Source of the DNA: a bacterium
GTDB taxonomy: Bacteria > UBA8248
Direction of reading: 5' to 3'
DNA: 64,000 nt
Assembly: GCA_965213625.1 (NCBI GenBank)
Contig: CBDBZU010000004.1
Span: 3,040,001-3,104,000 of the forward strand
Of the stretch, positions 39,088 to 49,194 are shown piece by piece; positions within the stretch are counted from its first letter, which is position 1, and the number at the start of each line of letters is the position of its first letter. The translations under genes were made by a program, and so were the position numbers. The notes beneath the pieces were generated by a model. That model was not told the DNA's origin, did no database searches, and was given only the letters and a program-made list of their open reading frames with translations.

Positions 39088-40242
39088 TCAAGCCGGGTAT
39101 TTCTCCACAAGGCGCTTCGCAATGACGATACGCTGAATGTCGTTCGTGCCCTCCCCCACCTGCAGGAGAATGGAGTCGCGGTAATAGCGCTCGACCGGCA
39201 ACTCCTTGATGTAGCCGTAGCCCCCGTGAATGTGGATGGCGGCTTCGGAGGCCCGCTGGCAGGCGTCGGAGGCGAAGAGCTTCGCCATGCCGGCCTCTAG
39301 ATCGCACCGCTCCCCCTGGTCTTTCATGCGCGCCGCGCGGTAGGTGAGCTGCCGGGCGGCTTCGAGGGAGGTGGCCATGTCCGCGAGCTTGATCTGGATG
39401 GCCTGATACTCGGCGATGGGCTTGCCCATGCTCTTTCTCTGCTGGGCGTATTTGATGGAATCCTCAAAACAGGCGGCATGAAGCCCCACCGCCCGTGCGG
39501 CCACCTGTATACGGCCCAACTCCAAGGCCGCCATAAGCTGATGGAATCCCCTGTTCTCCTCACCAATCAGGTACGAAGCCGGGACCGGGCAGTCGTCAAA
39601 TACCAGCTCTCCCGTCCGAAGCCCCTTGTAGCCCATCTTGTCCAGATGGCGGCTGGCGCTGAAACCGGGCAGATTCCTGTCCATGAGGATGCAGCTAATC
39701 CCCCGGGTGGGTTTTTCCGCCTTGGGGTTCGTACGGGCCATGATTGCGAAATGCGTGGCGTTCTCGCTGTTGGTGATGAACATTTTAGAGCCGTTGACGA
39801 TGTAATCCTGCCCTTCGCGGCGGGCGGACGTTCTCAATGCCGCGACGTCGGAGCCGCCATCCGCCTCGGTGATGCCGATGCCGAAACGCATTTTGCCTTC
39901 AGCCACATTCGGAAGCCACTCCTGTCGCTGCTCGTCGTTGCCGAATTCGTTGATCATCCATCCCACCATCGAATGTCCACCGAGCACGCCGGTCAAACTC
40001 ATCCAGCCCCGCGCCAATTCTTCGGTCAGAACTGTAAAACTCATCGCATCCATCTCGCTGCCGCCGTAGCATTCCGGCACGAGAGCGCCGAAATACCCCA
40101 ATTCCTTCATCCGATTGACCAGTGGATGCGGGTATTCGTCTTTATGCTCATACTCGCTGGCGACGGGGATGACTTCCTGGTTCACGAATTGCCGCACACT
40201 GCTTTGCAGTGCAGTCTGAAACTCGCTCAACTGAACATCCAT
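39088..40242 (-). CDS. Acyl-CoA dehydrogenase
   Basis: GITEADGGSD, NGSKMFITNS, KMG.KG..TGELVFD, GRIQVAA, HGGYGY, GEGTNDIQR. Confidence 0.95.
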   Translation of the reverse strand: MDVQLSEFQTALQSSVRQFVNQEVIPVASEYEHKDEYPHPLVNRMKELGYFGALVPECYGGSEMDAMSFTVLTEELARGWMSLTGVLGGHSMVGWMINEFGNDEQRQEWLPNVAEGKMRFGIGITEADGGSDVAALRTSARREGQDYIVNGSKMFITNSENATHFAIMARTNPKAEKPTRGISCILMDRNLPGFSASRHLDKMGYKGLRTGELVFDDCPVPASYLIGEENRGFHQLMAALELGRIQVAARAVGLHAACFEDSIKYAQQRKSMGKPIAEYQAIQIKLADMATSLEAARQLTYRAARMKDQGERCDLEAGMAKLFASDACQRASEAAIHIHGGYGYIKELPVERYYRDSILLQVGEGTNDIQRIVIAKRLVEKYPA

Positions 40243-40284
40243 TTCAGAGCTCCTGGAATTACATGCGATATTAGATTTTCGTTT

Positions 40285-40626
40285 TTAACCGAACAATGAA
40301 AGCCCGCTCATCTCTTCGGGTATCAAGAGCCGCTCCACGGGTTCGCCGTTTTCCAAATGTTTTTCCACGATTTCTTCGGCATCCTCCAGCCTGACACCGC
40401 CATACCAGACATTGTCGGGCATGACACAAATTACCGCTCCGTTCTCACAAACATCCATGCAACTCGTTGCGAGTATGCGCGCCCGGCCTTTGAGGTTTTT
40501 TTCTTCCAAAAGGGATTTCATCCGCTCTCTGATTTCTGCAGAGCCGCAGTTGGCGCAACTTCCTTTGGGATGGTCCGCCTCACGTTCGTTCGTGCATACC
40601 AGAACATAGCGCTTTTTTCTGAACAT
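40285..40626 (-). CDS. Thioredoxin-like [2Fe-2S] ferredoxin
   Basis: VLVCTNER...GSC...SCMDVCENG...PDNVWYG...IVEKHL..GEPVERL. Confidence 0.88.
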   Translation of the reverse strand: MFRKKRYVLVCTNEREADHPKGSCANCGSAEIRERMKSLLEEKNLKGRARILATSCMDVCENGAVICVMPDNVWYGGVRLEDAEEIVEKHLENGEPVERLLIPEEMSGLSLFG

Positions 40627-40841
40627 CTTCTCTACCCCGGAGCTTGGCGATGAAATGGGTATCCATATTTCCCATGGAGGAGTAAAGTCGCACTTGACTT
40701 TCATCTGATACCGTATGGAAGCTAGCATTTATGCAGTGTCCATTCAACGGGAATCTCCTTTTTCTTTGTTTGAATTGAAGCTGTAAAACAGCATAATATG
40801 TTGTTGCTGGGCTATACGTTCTCTTTTGCGGGGAAGGACAC

Positions 40842-41612
40842 ATGTCTCTCGAATCAACCGAAAATCGACCCAAGCGCGTATTGTTTTTCGCCACATGCCT
40901 GGTGGATCAGTTTTTCCCCGAAGTCGGCGAGGCCACAGTTCATTTGCTTGAGAGCGCGGATATCGAAGTGATTTATCCGGAAGGACTCACCTGCTGTGGA
41001 CTTCCGCACTTCAACAATGGCTTCAGGGCGGAGGCTAGAAAAACTCTCGAAACCCAATTACATCTACTGGAGGGCGACATTCCGATTATCGCTCCCTCGG
41101 GTTCATGCGGCTGGATGCTCAAATGCGTTTTGCCCACCTTGTTTGCAGACGACCCTTGGGCACGCGAAAAAGCGGCGCAAATCGCCGGAAGGGTAATCGA
41201 GTTATCCCAATTCCTCTGCAAGATAAACATGATAGATTTCGGCACTATGCTTCCCGGGAAGACCGTGTATCACGATTCGTGCCACTTGCTCCGCGGCATG
41301 GGGGAAAACCAAACGCCCCGTCAGTGCCTCGACCACGTAGCGGAAAACCGCGAAGAGTTGCCCAATTCTGATCGCTGCTGTGGGTTCGGCGGCTCGTTTT
41401 GCGTCAAATTTCCAGAAGTATCGTGCGCAATGCTTGAAGATAAGATCAAATCCGCTGAGGAAGTGGACGCGAACTGGCTCGTAGCAGCAGACGCCGGCTG
41501 CATGTTGAATATCGCGGGTGGATTATCAAGGCGAAACTCGAAAATCAAACTCCTCCACATTGCACAAGCCCTGGCTGGACCACACAATCCTGGCTGGCCC
41601 GAGGGGTATTAA
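40842..41612 (+). CDS. lutA: Lactate utilisation protein A (CCG domain)
   Basis: FATCLVD, TCCG.P, PSGSC, YHDSCH, CCGFGGSF, DAGCMLNI. Confidence 0.9.
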   Translation: MSLESTENRPKRVLFFATCLVDQFFPEVGEATVHLLESADIEVIYPEGLTCCGLPHFNNGFRAEARKTLETQLHLLEGDIPIIAPSGSCGWMLKCVLPTLFADDPWAREKAAQIAGRVIELSQFLCKINMIDFGTMLPGKTVYHDSCHLLRGMGENQTPRQCLDHVAENREELPNSDRCCGFGGSFCVKFPEVSCAMLEDKIKSAEEVDANWLVAADAGCMLNIAGGLSRRNSKIKLLHIAQALAGPHNPGWPEGY

Positions 41613-41614
41613 CT

Positions 41615-43726
41615 TTGAACTCATCTTTCAATCAGCGCGCAAATTCCGCTTTAGTCAATATCCCTTTGCAGGATGCTCTTCAAGCGGCTACAGGCAAATT
41701 CGCCAACCAGCGCGCACATGCCTTCGAGTCGACTGCGGCACCGCTCGCCTTAAGGGCGAAAGCAAGGGAAATCCGCAGGAAAACGTTCGATGAGATCGAC
41801 AAACATCTGGCAACTTTGTTCGAGAATCTCAAAAATCTCGGTGTACATATTCACACTGCACCCAATGCGGATTCCGCAAAGCGAATCGTCCTCGATATTG
41901 CCCGCAAACATGGGGTAAAGACGGTAGTCAAGAGTAAATCCATGGCTTCTGAGGAGATCCACCTGAATCAGGCGTTGGAGGCGGCTGGCATCACCCCGTA
42001 CGAAACCGACCTGGGCGAATGGATTCTTCAACTGGCCAACGAAACGCCTAGCCACCTGGTGGCGCCGGCCATCCATAAAACATTAAAGCAAGTACAAGAC
42101 CTTTTTCGCGAAAAGGTAGACCCGAATGCCGGTTCGGACCCTCAGGAGCTCACGGCTATCGCTCGTGAGAAACTCAGAACGGAATTTCTGCGGGCGGGCA
42201 TGGGAATCAGTGGCGTGAATTTCGCCGTAGCGGAAACCGGAACGCTATGTCTCGTCACAAACGAGGGGAACGGACGACTCGTCACCACTTTACCCAAAGT
42301 CCACGTGGCGATTATGGGGTTCGAAAAAGTAGTGCCCACGTTACGAGATACGCTTACACTCCTGTCAGTGCTCCCGCGCAGCGCAACAGGTCAAAAACTT
42401 ACCAGTTATTTCACCATGCTCACTGGACCAAGAAAAGAAATCGAAGCTGACGGCCCTGATGAAGTTCACCTCGTGCTCCTTGATGGAGGCCGCTCCAGGC
42501 ATCTCGGAACGCCGTTTCAGGAAGCATTTCATTGTATCCGGTGCGGGGCTTGTCAAAACGCCTGCCCTGTCTTCCAGACGGTAGGCGGTCATACATACGA
42601 CTCTGTATATGGTGGACCAATCGGTTCGATCTTGAGTCCAATGCTCCGCGGCCTCGAAGTTTCCGGTGAGCTTCCCGCGGCATCGAGTCTATGCGGCGCC
42701 TGCATGGACGCCTGTCCCGTATTTGTCGACATTCCTCGAATGCTACTGGAAATGAGAGAGGCGAGAACGGCCAAGAAAAATAACGCATTATTCGAGAGGT
42801 TTTCGTTCCGCTTGCTTGGGATGGCGATGCGCAAACCTTTTATTTGGGAGATGGGTTTCAAGACTGCCTCCATTTTTTCAAGATTTATGAATGCCAAAAC
42901 GGCCGCTTGGATGCCAGGACCTCTCGGCGCATGGGCGAAGGGGCGGGAACTTCCCAAAATTACGAAAAAGAGTTTTCGAGCGCGCTGGCGGGAGCAAAAA
43001 CGAGGGGTCAGCGAATCGTATTCAGCAATCCCTGACATTTCGCCAACGGACAGCCCGGAAGCGATTATCGAAAAAACCCACCATGCCCTGGACTTGGCCC
43101 ACGGATTATCACACGGCAACTTCGAAGCCACTGAGGGCCCATTACCGGAAATCACCGTCCCGGACAGCGCCGCTCGCTTTGCCATAGAGTTCGAAGCGGT
43201 GGCGAATCCCACTTATCGTCCGAAATCCGTAGATGACATCCGAGAATATATCGTTAATCTAGCGGGTAAATGGAAAGAATACCCCGTCGCCATCAGCGAA
43301 GGCCTGCCAATTGATGTCGTCAATTGGCTTGTAGAAGATGGCTATGATGTGATTTCTCCATCGAATGATGGAGATAACCGAGATGCAATCGCCCGTAGCG
43401 GTATCGGGATCACGGGCTGCGATTGGGCAATTGCGGAAACGGGCAGCATCGTCTTGCGAAGTGGACCAGGCCATCCGCGTCTGCATTCCCTACTCCCGGA
43501 AATTCACCTGGCCCTCATTCCCGAAAAGAACATTTTGCCGCATATTTCCTCGCTGGGCCCTGAACTCGAAAGGACCCTTAAACAAGAAGAAGGCGTCTCG
43601 CCCAGTTGCGTGAACATCATCACGGGGCCTAGCCGCTCGGCCGATATCGCACTGACACTCATCAAAGGTGTCCATGGCCCTCGCGATGTATTTGCAATTA
43701 TCATTCCTGACACGCTCATCACATGA
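41615..43726 (+). CDS. lutB: Lactate utilisation LutB-LutC fusion
   Basis: KSKSM.SEE, ETDLGE, TNEGNG, CIRCGACQNACP, LCGACMDACP, then a C-terminal LUD domain AETGS...ITGPSRSADI...GVHGP. Confidence 0.88.
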   Translation: MNSSFNQRANSALVNIPLQDALQAATGKFANQRAHAFESTAAPLALRAKAREIRRKTFDEIDKHLATLFENLKNLGVHIHTAPNADSAKRIVLDIARKHGVKTVVKSKSMASEEIHLNQALEAAGITPYETDLGEWILQLANETPSHLVAPAIHKTLKQVQDLFREKVDPNAGSDPQELTAIAREKLRTEFLRAGMGISGVNFAVAETGTLCLVTNEGNGRLVTTLPKVHVAIMGFEKVVPTLRDTLTLLSVLPRSATGQKLTSYFTMLTGPRKEIEADGPDEVHLVLLDGGRSRHLGTPFQEAFHCIRCGACQNACPVFQTVGGHTYDSVYGGPIGSILSPMLRGLEVSGELPAASSLCGACMDACPVFVDIPRMLLEMREARTAKKNNALFERFSFRLLGMAMRKPFIWEMGFKTASIFSRFMNAKTAAWMPGPLGAWAKGRELPKITKKSFRARWREQKRGVSESYSAIPDISPTDSPEAIIEKTHHALDLAHGLSHGNFEATEGPLPEITVPDSAARFAIEFEAVANPTYRPKSVDDIREYIVNLAGKWKEYPVAISEGLPIDVVNWLVEDGYDVISPSNDGDNRDAIARSGIGITGCDWAIAETGSIVLRSGPGHPRLHSLLPEIHLALIPEKNILPHISSLGPELERTLKQEEGVSPSCVNIITGPSRSADIALTLIKGVHGPRDVFAIIIPDTLIT

Positions 43727-43805
43727 AGCTCGTAAATACAACTGCTTGCTGAGTAGGAAAGGTATCGTTACAAAGCTGAATTGAAACTTTCATTCCGATA
43801 CAAAA

Positions 43806-43846
43806 AATAAACCCCTCGAGAAAATAATCCACTCGAGGGGTTTATT
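43806..43846. terminator. Bidirectional intrinsic terminator between lutB/C and glnA
   Basis: AATAAACCCCTCGAG-N11-CTCGAGGGGTTTATT between convergent genes. Confidence 0.8.
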
Positions 43847-43880
43847 GTACTCTGTTTTTCAGAATCAGTGACGCCGAAAT

Positions 43881-45293
43881 CTAGATGTCATAGTAGAGAG
43901 TAAATTCGTGGGGATGCGGACGCAGGCGAACAGCATCCACTTCCTCTACTCGCTTATATTCGATCCAGTTGTCGATGACATCTTTCGTAAATACGTCGCC
44001 TTTCAACAAGAACTCATAGTCAGCCTCAAGCGCATCCAAAGCCTCGGGCAGGCTTCCAGGCGTCTGCTGCACATTACCTTTTTCCTCAGGTTCGAGATCG
44101 TAGAGATTCTTGTCAATGGGCTCCGGCGGCATTATTTTATTCTGAATGCCGTCCAGACCTGCCATCAACATCGCGGCAAAGGCCATATAGGGGTTGCAGG
44201 AGGGGTCAGGGCAGCGGAACTCCACCCTCTTGGCCTTCTCGCTTGAGGAATACATCGGAATACGCACACAGGCGCTTCTGTTGCGGCAGCTATATATCAA
44301 GTTGATTGGCGCTTCATAGCCTGGCACCAAGCGGCGGTAGCTGTTCGTCGTCGGGTTGGTGAAAGCCAACAATGCAGGCGCATGCTTCAGCAAGCCGCCG
44401 ATGTAGTAAAGCGCGTCCGGACTCAGGTCGCCATAAGTTCCCGCGCGATACATGATATTCGCACCATCTTTCCAGATGCTTTGGTGGCAGTGCATTCCGG
44501 TACCATTATCGAGGAACACGGGTTTCGGCATGAAGGTCGCCGTCTTGCCATGCTTTCTCGCAACATTCTTGACGATGTATTTGTACTTCATCAGCTTATC
44601 CGCTGTAGTCACCAAGGTATCGAATCGAATATCGATTTCACATTGCCCGGCGGAGGCTACTTCATGGTGGTGCACTTCACACTCGACGCCACATTCCAGC
44701 ATCGCCAGCATCATTTCCGAGCGAACGTCCTGGAGCGTGTCGTTGGGAGGCACGGGGAAATAACCTTCTTTGTAGCGGTTCTTATGGCCGAGGTTTGGAT
44801 CTTCATTGGCGCCCGTGTTCCAGGCAGCCTCAGACGAATCGACCTCGTAGAAAGCATGATTTTCCGACCCCGAATAGCGCACATCGTCGAACACAAAAAA
44901 CTCGGCTTCAGGGCCGAAGTAGGCAACATCTCCGACACCTGTAGACTTCATGTATTGCTCCGCCTTGATGGCAATATGTCGCGGATCGCGATCGTACAAC
45001 TCGAGCGTAACCGGATCCTTTATGTCGCAGATAAGGACCAGCGTCGGGATTTTCATAAATGGGTCGATGAAAGCGGTCGTCGGATCCGGAATGAGGAGCA
45101 TGTCACTTTGATCGATACTTTGAAATCCCCGAATGCTCGAGCCGTCGAAGCCAACACCCTCCTCGAAGGTATCTTCCTCAAGCGTGTCGATGTGTGCTGA
45201 GAAATGTTGCCACATACCAGGCATATCTATGAAACGATAGTCAACAATTTTAGCGCCACTTTCCTTAGCCAGCTTCAAGACATCTGCAACCAT
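43881..45293 (-). CDS. glnA: Glutamine synthetase type I (beta)
   Basis: [52 protein letters not shown] adenylylation site. GGAGGAG RBS before ATG 45293. Confidence 0.97.
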   Translation of the reverse strand: MVADVLKLAKESGAKIVDYRFIDMPGMWQHFSAHIDTLEEDTFEEGVGFDGSSIRGFQSIDQSDMLLIPDPTTAFIDPFMKIPTLVLICDIKDPVTLELYDRDPRHIAIKAEQYMKSTGVGDVAYFGPEAEFFVFDDVRYSGSENHAFYEVDSSEAAWNTGANEDPNLGHKNRYKEGYFPVPPNDTLQDVRSEMMLAMLECGVECEVHHHEVASAGQCEIDIRFDTLVTTADKLMKYKYIVKNVARKHGKTATFMPKPVFLDNGTGMHCHQSIWKDGANIMYRAGTYGDLSPDALYYIGGLLKHAPALLAFTNPTTNSYRRLVPGYEAPINLIYSCRNRSACVRIPMYSSSEKAKRVEFRCPDPSCNPYMAFAAMLMAGLDGIQNKIMPPEPIDKNLYDLEPEEKGNVQQTPGSLPEALDALEADYEFLLKGDVFTKDVIDNWIEYKRVEEVDAVRLRPHPHEFTLYYDI

Positions 45294-45375
45294 CTGGTAC
45301 TCCTCCATATGGAATTGTGGTTTTGCGAGAAATTATCGGCACAAAACCAGGATTTGTTCAGCCCTTAAGGCTTTG

Positions 45376-48117
45376 TCATGATACGAAAGCGCCAACCGGG
45401 CGCCCTTCCTCAAGAATTTCACTAAGATGTCCGCACAGCTCCTTCAGTTTTGTCGTATCTTCAATTTTTCGACCGTTGTCGTCTGTTATGTAAAAAGCAT
45501 CTACTACGCATTGACCTTCTGTGGTGATTTTGGCCCGAGAGATGGATATGCCTTCTTGCGCGAAGAATTGAGCAATTTGCGCCAAAAGGCCGTGTCTATC
45601 CGGCGACACGACTTCCAGAACTGTCGCGTCCTCACTCGCAGTCAGATCGTATTCGACCAGTATCGGTAACTCGAACAACGTTCGTTTTTTCAATCGCAAA
45701 TACTTTTTGCTCCGCCCCAGGAATTCCGACAAGCCCAATTCGCCCGATAGCAATTCACCCAGCGATTTGCGGAATTTTTTCCAAAGAGCTTCGTCGACAA
45801 CCGCTTTTCCCTCGGAATCCACTACCTCAAACGTATCTATCACCAAACCATCCTCGCGCGTATATACTTTCGCATCCAATATGTTGAGTTCGTACACTGC
45901 AAATGCGCCAGCGACCAGTGCAAACAAACCGAGTTGATCTTTGCACAACAGCGTCAAGAGCGTATGCCCTCGTCTTCTGCGATGCGTTATATCGATCTCG
46001 CAAATCGTTTCAGCCGAAATACGGGTCCCGAGTTCGATATGGCGCAAGATGTCTTGCGGTGGTGTACCAGTGCTGTATCTGTCCGGCATAGACCCCATAT
46101 GTCCGGAGATTTCCTCGCGGCCTATACGGCTTCCTCCCGCTCTAGCCTCCAAACTCACCTGCTCTACGATATCTCCCGTCCGCTTTCGCCTGTACAAATC
46201 TTCTCCCGTTTCCATCACCCTGAGCACCCGCTTGTACAGCTCGTAGATTAAAGCGCTTCTCCATTCATTCCATATGCCGGGAGCTACGGCGGAAATATCC
46301 GCATATGTCAAGAGATAAAGCATTTGGAGCCTTTCCACCGTCTCCATTTTATCGGCGAAATTACTAATCAGGACAGGATCGTCGATATCACGTCTTTCAG
46401 CTGTGATGCTCATTTCAATGTGGCAAGCCACCAAAAATTCGATGATGCTCCCCTGGTCCGCCGGTAGGCCCATGCGCATTATGATATCGGGAAGCGCGGA
46501 AGAACTCTTGTGGACATGCCTCGGCCCCCTAGCTTTTCCGATATCGTGAAACAAGAGCGCAAGCCTCAATATGTTGGTACGCTCCATCTCTCGATGAATA
46601 TGGGCCGCTTGTTGTAAGGAAACGTCTTTTGTATATGTGAGCTCATCCAATGCAGCCAACGTCAGCAAAGTATGTTCATCTGCCGTATATCGATGGTAGT
46701 GATCATACTGAACGAAACATGTCAAAGGTTCGAATTCGGGAATATATCGCCCTAACAACCCGAGACCGTGCATTTCGTGCATCGTAGTCGTCACACCAGC
46801 TTTGCCGCTTAATATACGCAAAAAGCTGTCCCTTACATCGGAGGAAGCACGAAAATTGTCATCAACCGTATCAAAGTGGGCTCGAACGAAATTTCTTACG
46901 TTTGGCGACAGGCGGCAACCAAATCGATATTGATTCTCGAATATCCTCATTAGGCCCGTAGGGTTTTCAAGTATTGCTTCAGGATTCGACTCTTCCAGAA
47001 CGAGCGTATGGTAGTCCTGCAAAGCCAATCCATCTCCCAGAGGTTGGAGCCTGGGTTTTCTGTTGACCCATCTTCTGCTCTTCAAATGGTCTTCGAGAGT
47101 TTCGAAAAAATCACGGCAAAAAATATGCAGGTCTCTGGCATGCAAGAAGTAATCGCGCATCAGACATTCACTGGCCAGCGCGCTCTCTTCATCTTCATAA
47201 CCTAACGCGGGAGCGATCTCGGATTGTGCTGAAAAGTTCAACATATCGTTTTTGGCTTTTGCACGTATATGAAGTTGAGCTCGTATGCGAAGAAGAAAAT
47301 CATAAGCTTTCAGCGCTTTTTCGAACTCCGCCTGCGGCACCCAACCCTTTCGCCAAATCTCATCCATTTCTTTGAGCCCGAAAGTCTTGGCCAACCAGCA
47401 AACGGCATGAAAATCACGCAAGCCTCCCGCACTTTCTTTCACATTCGGCTCAAGAACATAAACCGATGGATCCCAGGAGCGATACCGTCTCATGCGTTCT
47501 TCAAGGCGATTTCGGAGATGTGAGCTTTTCGCGACACGCTGCAGGTAACTATCGAATTTCTTGTTGAATTCCCGGAAAACTTCTTCGCTGCCCGCCAATA
47601 AGCGATTCTCCAACATGGCGGTTTCGCTTTGGTAATCTTCCTTGGCGATTTTCAGGCAATTTGAAATGGTTCTGGCGCTGTGGCCTATCGTAAGACCTGC
47701 ATCCCACATCAGATACAGGACAGAGCGAATTAATTCGCTGATTTGCCCTTCATGCCCCGAAAACAAGAACAACAGATCAATATCAGAACCGGGAGACAAT
47801 TCTCCCCGCCCATATCCGCCAATCGCTACCAAAGCGCATGGAAACGCCTGGTCGCCATTGGTGAATTTTTTCCTTTCTCCTTCCAAAGCGTAAGTATAGA
47901 CCTGAGCGATATACGCATCCATGAAATTTGCATGTGCTTCACACAACTCGTAACCGCCCGCGCCCTCATGCTGCGCATTGCAAATATGTTCACCCGCCTG
48001 CGCATACGCCTCCTTGATATAGCGGAGAAAAACGCTCCTATCCCAACCGCTCGCCGCCAGAGTCGTTTCCCGAACATCTTTTTGAAGTTGTAGTAAATGA
48101 TTGAGAGATGGCGTCAT
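45376..48117 (-). CDS. glnD: [PII] uridylyltransferase/uridylyl-removing enzyme
   Basis: GGYGRGELSPGSDIDLL, EPNVKESAGGLRD, YHRYTADEH, LFHDIGK, two C-terminal ACT domains. Confidence 0.95.
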   Translation of the reverse strand: MTPSLNHLLQLQKDVRETTLAASGWDRSVFLRYIKEAYAQAGEHICNAQHEGAGGYELCEAHANFMDAYIAQVYTYALEGERKKFTNGDQAFPCALVAIGGYGRGELSPGSDIDLLFLFSGHEGQISELIRSVLYLMWDAGLTIGHSARTISNCLKIAKEDYQSETAMLENRLLAGSEEVFREFNKKFDSYLQRVAKSSHLRNRLEERMRRYRSWDPSVYVLEPNVKESAGGLRDFHAVCWLAKTFGLKEMDEIWRKGWVPQAEFEKALKAYDFLLRIRAQLHIRAKAKNDMLNFSAQSEIAPALGYEDEESALASECLMRDYFLHARDLHIFCRDFFETLEDHLKSRRWVNRKPRLQPLGDGLALQDYHTLVLEESNPEAILENPTGLMRIFENQYRFGCRLSPNVRNFVRAHFDTVDDNFRASSDVRDSFLRILSGKAGVTTTMHEMHGLGLLGRYIPEFEPLTCFVQYDHYHRYTADEHTLLTLAALDELTYTKDVSLQQAAHIHREMERTNILRLALLFHDIGKARGPRHVHKSSSALPDIIMRMGLPADQGSIIEFLVACHIEMSITAERRDIDDPVLISNFADKMETVERLQMLYLLTYADISAVAPGIWNEWRSALIYELYKRVLRVMETGEDLYRRKRTGDIVEQVSLEARAGGSRIGREEISGHMGSMPDRYSTGTPPQDILRHIELGTRISAETICEIDITHRRRRGHTLLTLLCKDQLGLFALVAGAFAVYELNILDAKVYTREDGLVIDTFEVVDSEGKAVVDEALWKKFRKSLGELLSGELGLSEFLGRSKKYLRLKKRTLFELPILVEYDLTASEDATVLEVVSPDRHGLLAQIAQFFAQEGISISRAKITTEGQCVVDAFYITDDNGRKIEDTTKLKELCGHLSEILEEGRPVGAFVS

Positions 48118-48129
48118 CGGAAGATATCG

Positions 48130-48486
<357 letters not shown>

Positions 48487-48520
48487 TCAAGTGAAAGTAC
48501 CAATGGGATGGTTTCTATCG

Positions 48521-48548
48521 ACTATATCACGCAATGATTGGTCGTCAA
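48521..48548 (-). promoter_or_regulatory. Putative sigma70 promoter of glnB-glnD-glnA
   Basis: Minus strand TTGACG-N16-TATAGT with an extended -10 TG. Confidence 0.55.
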
Positions 48549-48794
48549 TCAATAAACCCAATGAATAACTGCTCTCTACCCTCTAAAACAGAGTATGTAC
48601 ACGAAATATGTTTCCATGGTGTTACAAGGGGCTGATGAACAATTTTAGATTTTGCGCCAAGTCTGCGTAATTTTTTACGAATCACATCGTCAGGTGGTTG
48701 CACGATGCAGTGCTTTTCCATAAACTTTTCTGAGTAATATCTCGTATTCCTGTTTATTTAATAGTGATTTATTTTTCGTAGGAGATATTCAGTA

Positions 48795-49115
48795 ATGGAA
48801 TGTACGCTTCTTGAAGCACCCGTAGAATGCCATTTCGCATCGAAAGGCTCCAATGGCCAAAATGCATGTTCATACAATGGAAGTTCTTGCTTACCTGTCG
48901 TAGAGGAATGCCTTTCGGGTGATGACGAGAAAGCATGCGAGCACATTCTGGAGCTTCCAAAAGGAAAATTCTGCGCTAAATTCCCCAATCCGGAAAATCG
49001 TTGGGAACGCGGCAGATGCCCTCTTGCAACACATATAAAATTGGACTTTGAAGCCCCCTTGGAGAAGAAACTAAATCCCCTAAAGGCCTCCAAGCGAGCC
49101 GCACGAGGAAACTAA
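48795..49115 (+). CDS. PxxKW-family cysteine-rich small protein
   Basis: C...CLPVVEEC...C...CAKFPNPENRW..G.CPLATH and basic tail KKLNPLKASKRAAR. AGGAG RBS. Confidence 0.75.
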   Translation: MECTLLEAPVECHFASKGSNGQNACSYNGSSCLPVVEECLSGDDEKACEHILELPKGKFCAKFPNPENRWERGRCPLATHIKLDFEAPLEKKLNPLKASKRAARGN

Positions 49116-49141
49116 ATACAAAAATCACTATCACATTCGCT

Positions 49142-49185
49142 CCCATAAAAAAGCCGCGCTTCATGAAGCGCGGCTTTTTTATGGG
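49142..49185. terminator. Bidirectional intrinsic terminator
   Basis: Perfect 44-bp palindrome CCCATAAAAAAGCCGCGCTTCA|TGAAGCGCGGCTTTTTTATGGG between convergent genes. Confidence 0.9.
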
Positions 49186-49194
49186 GTAAGAATG

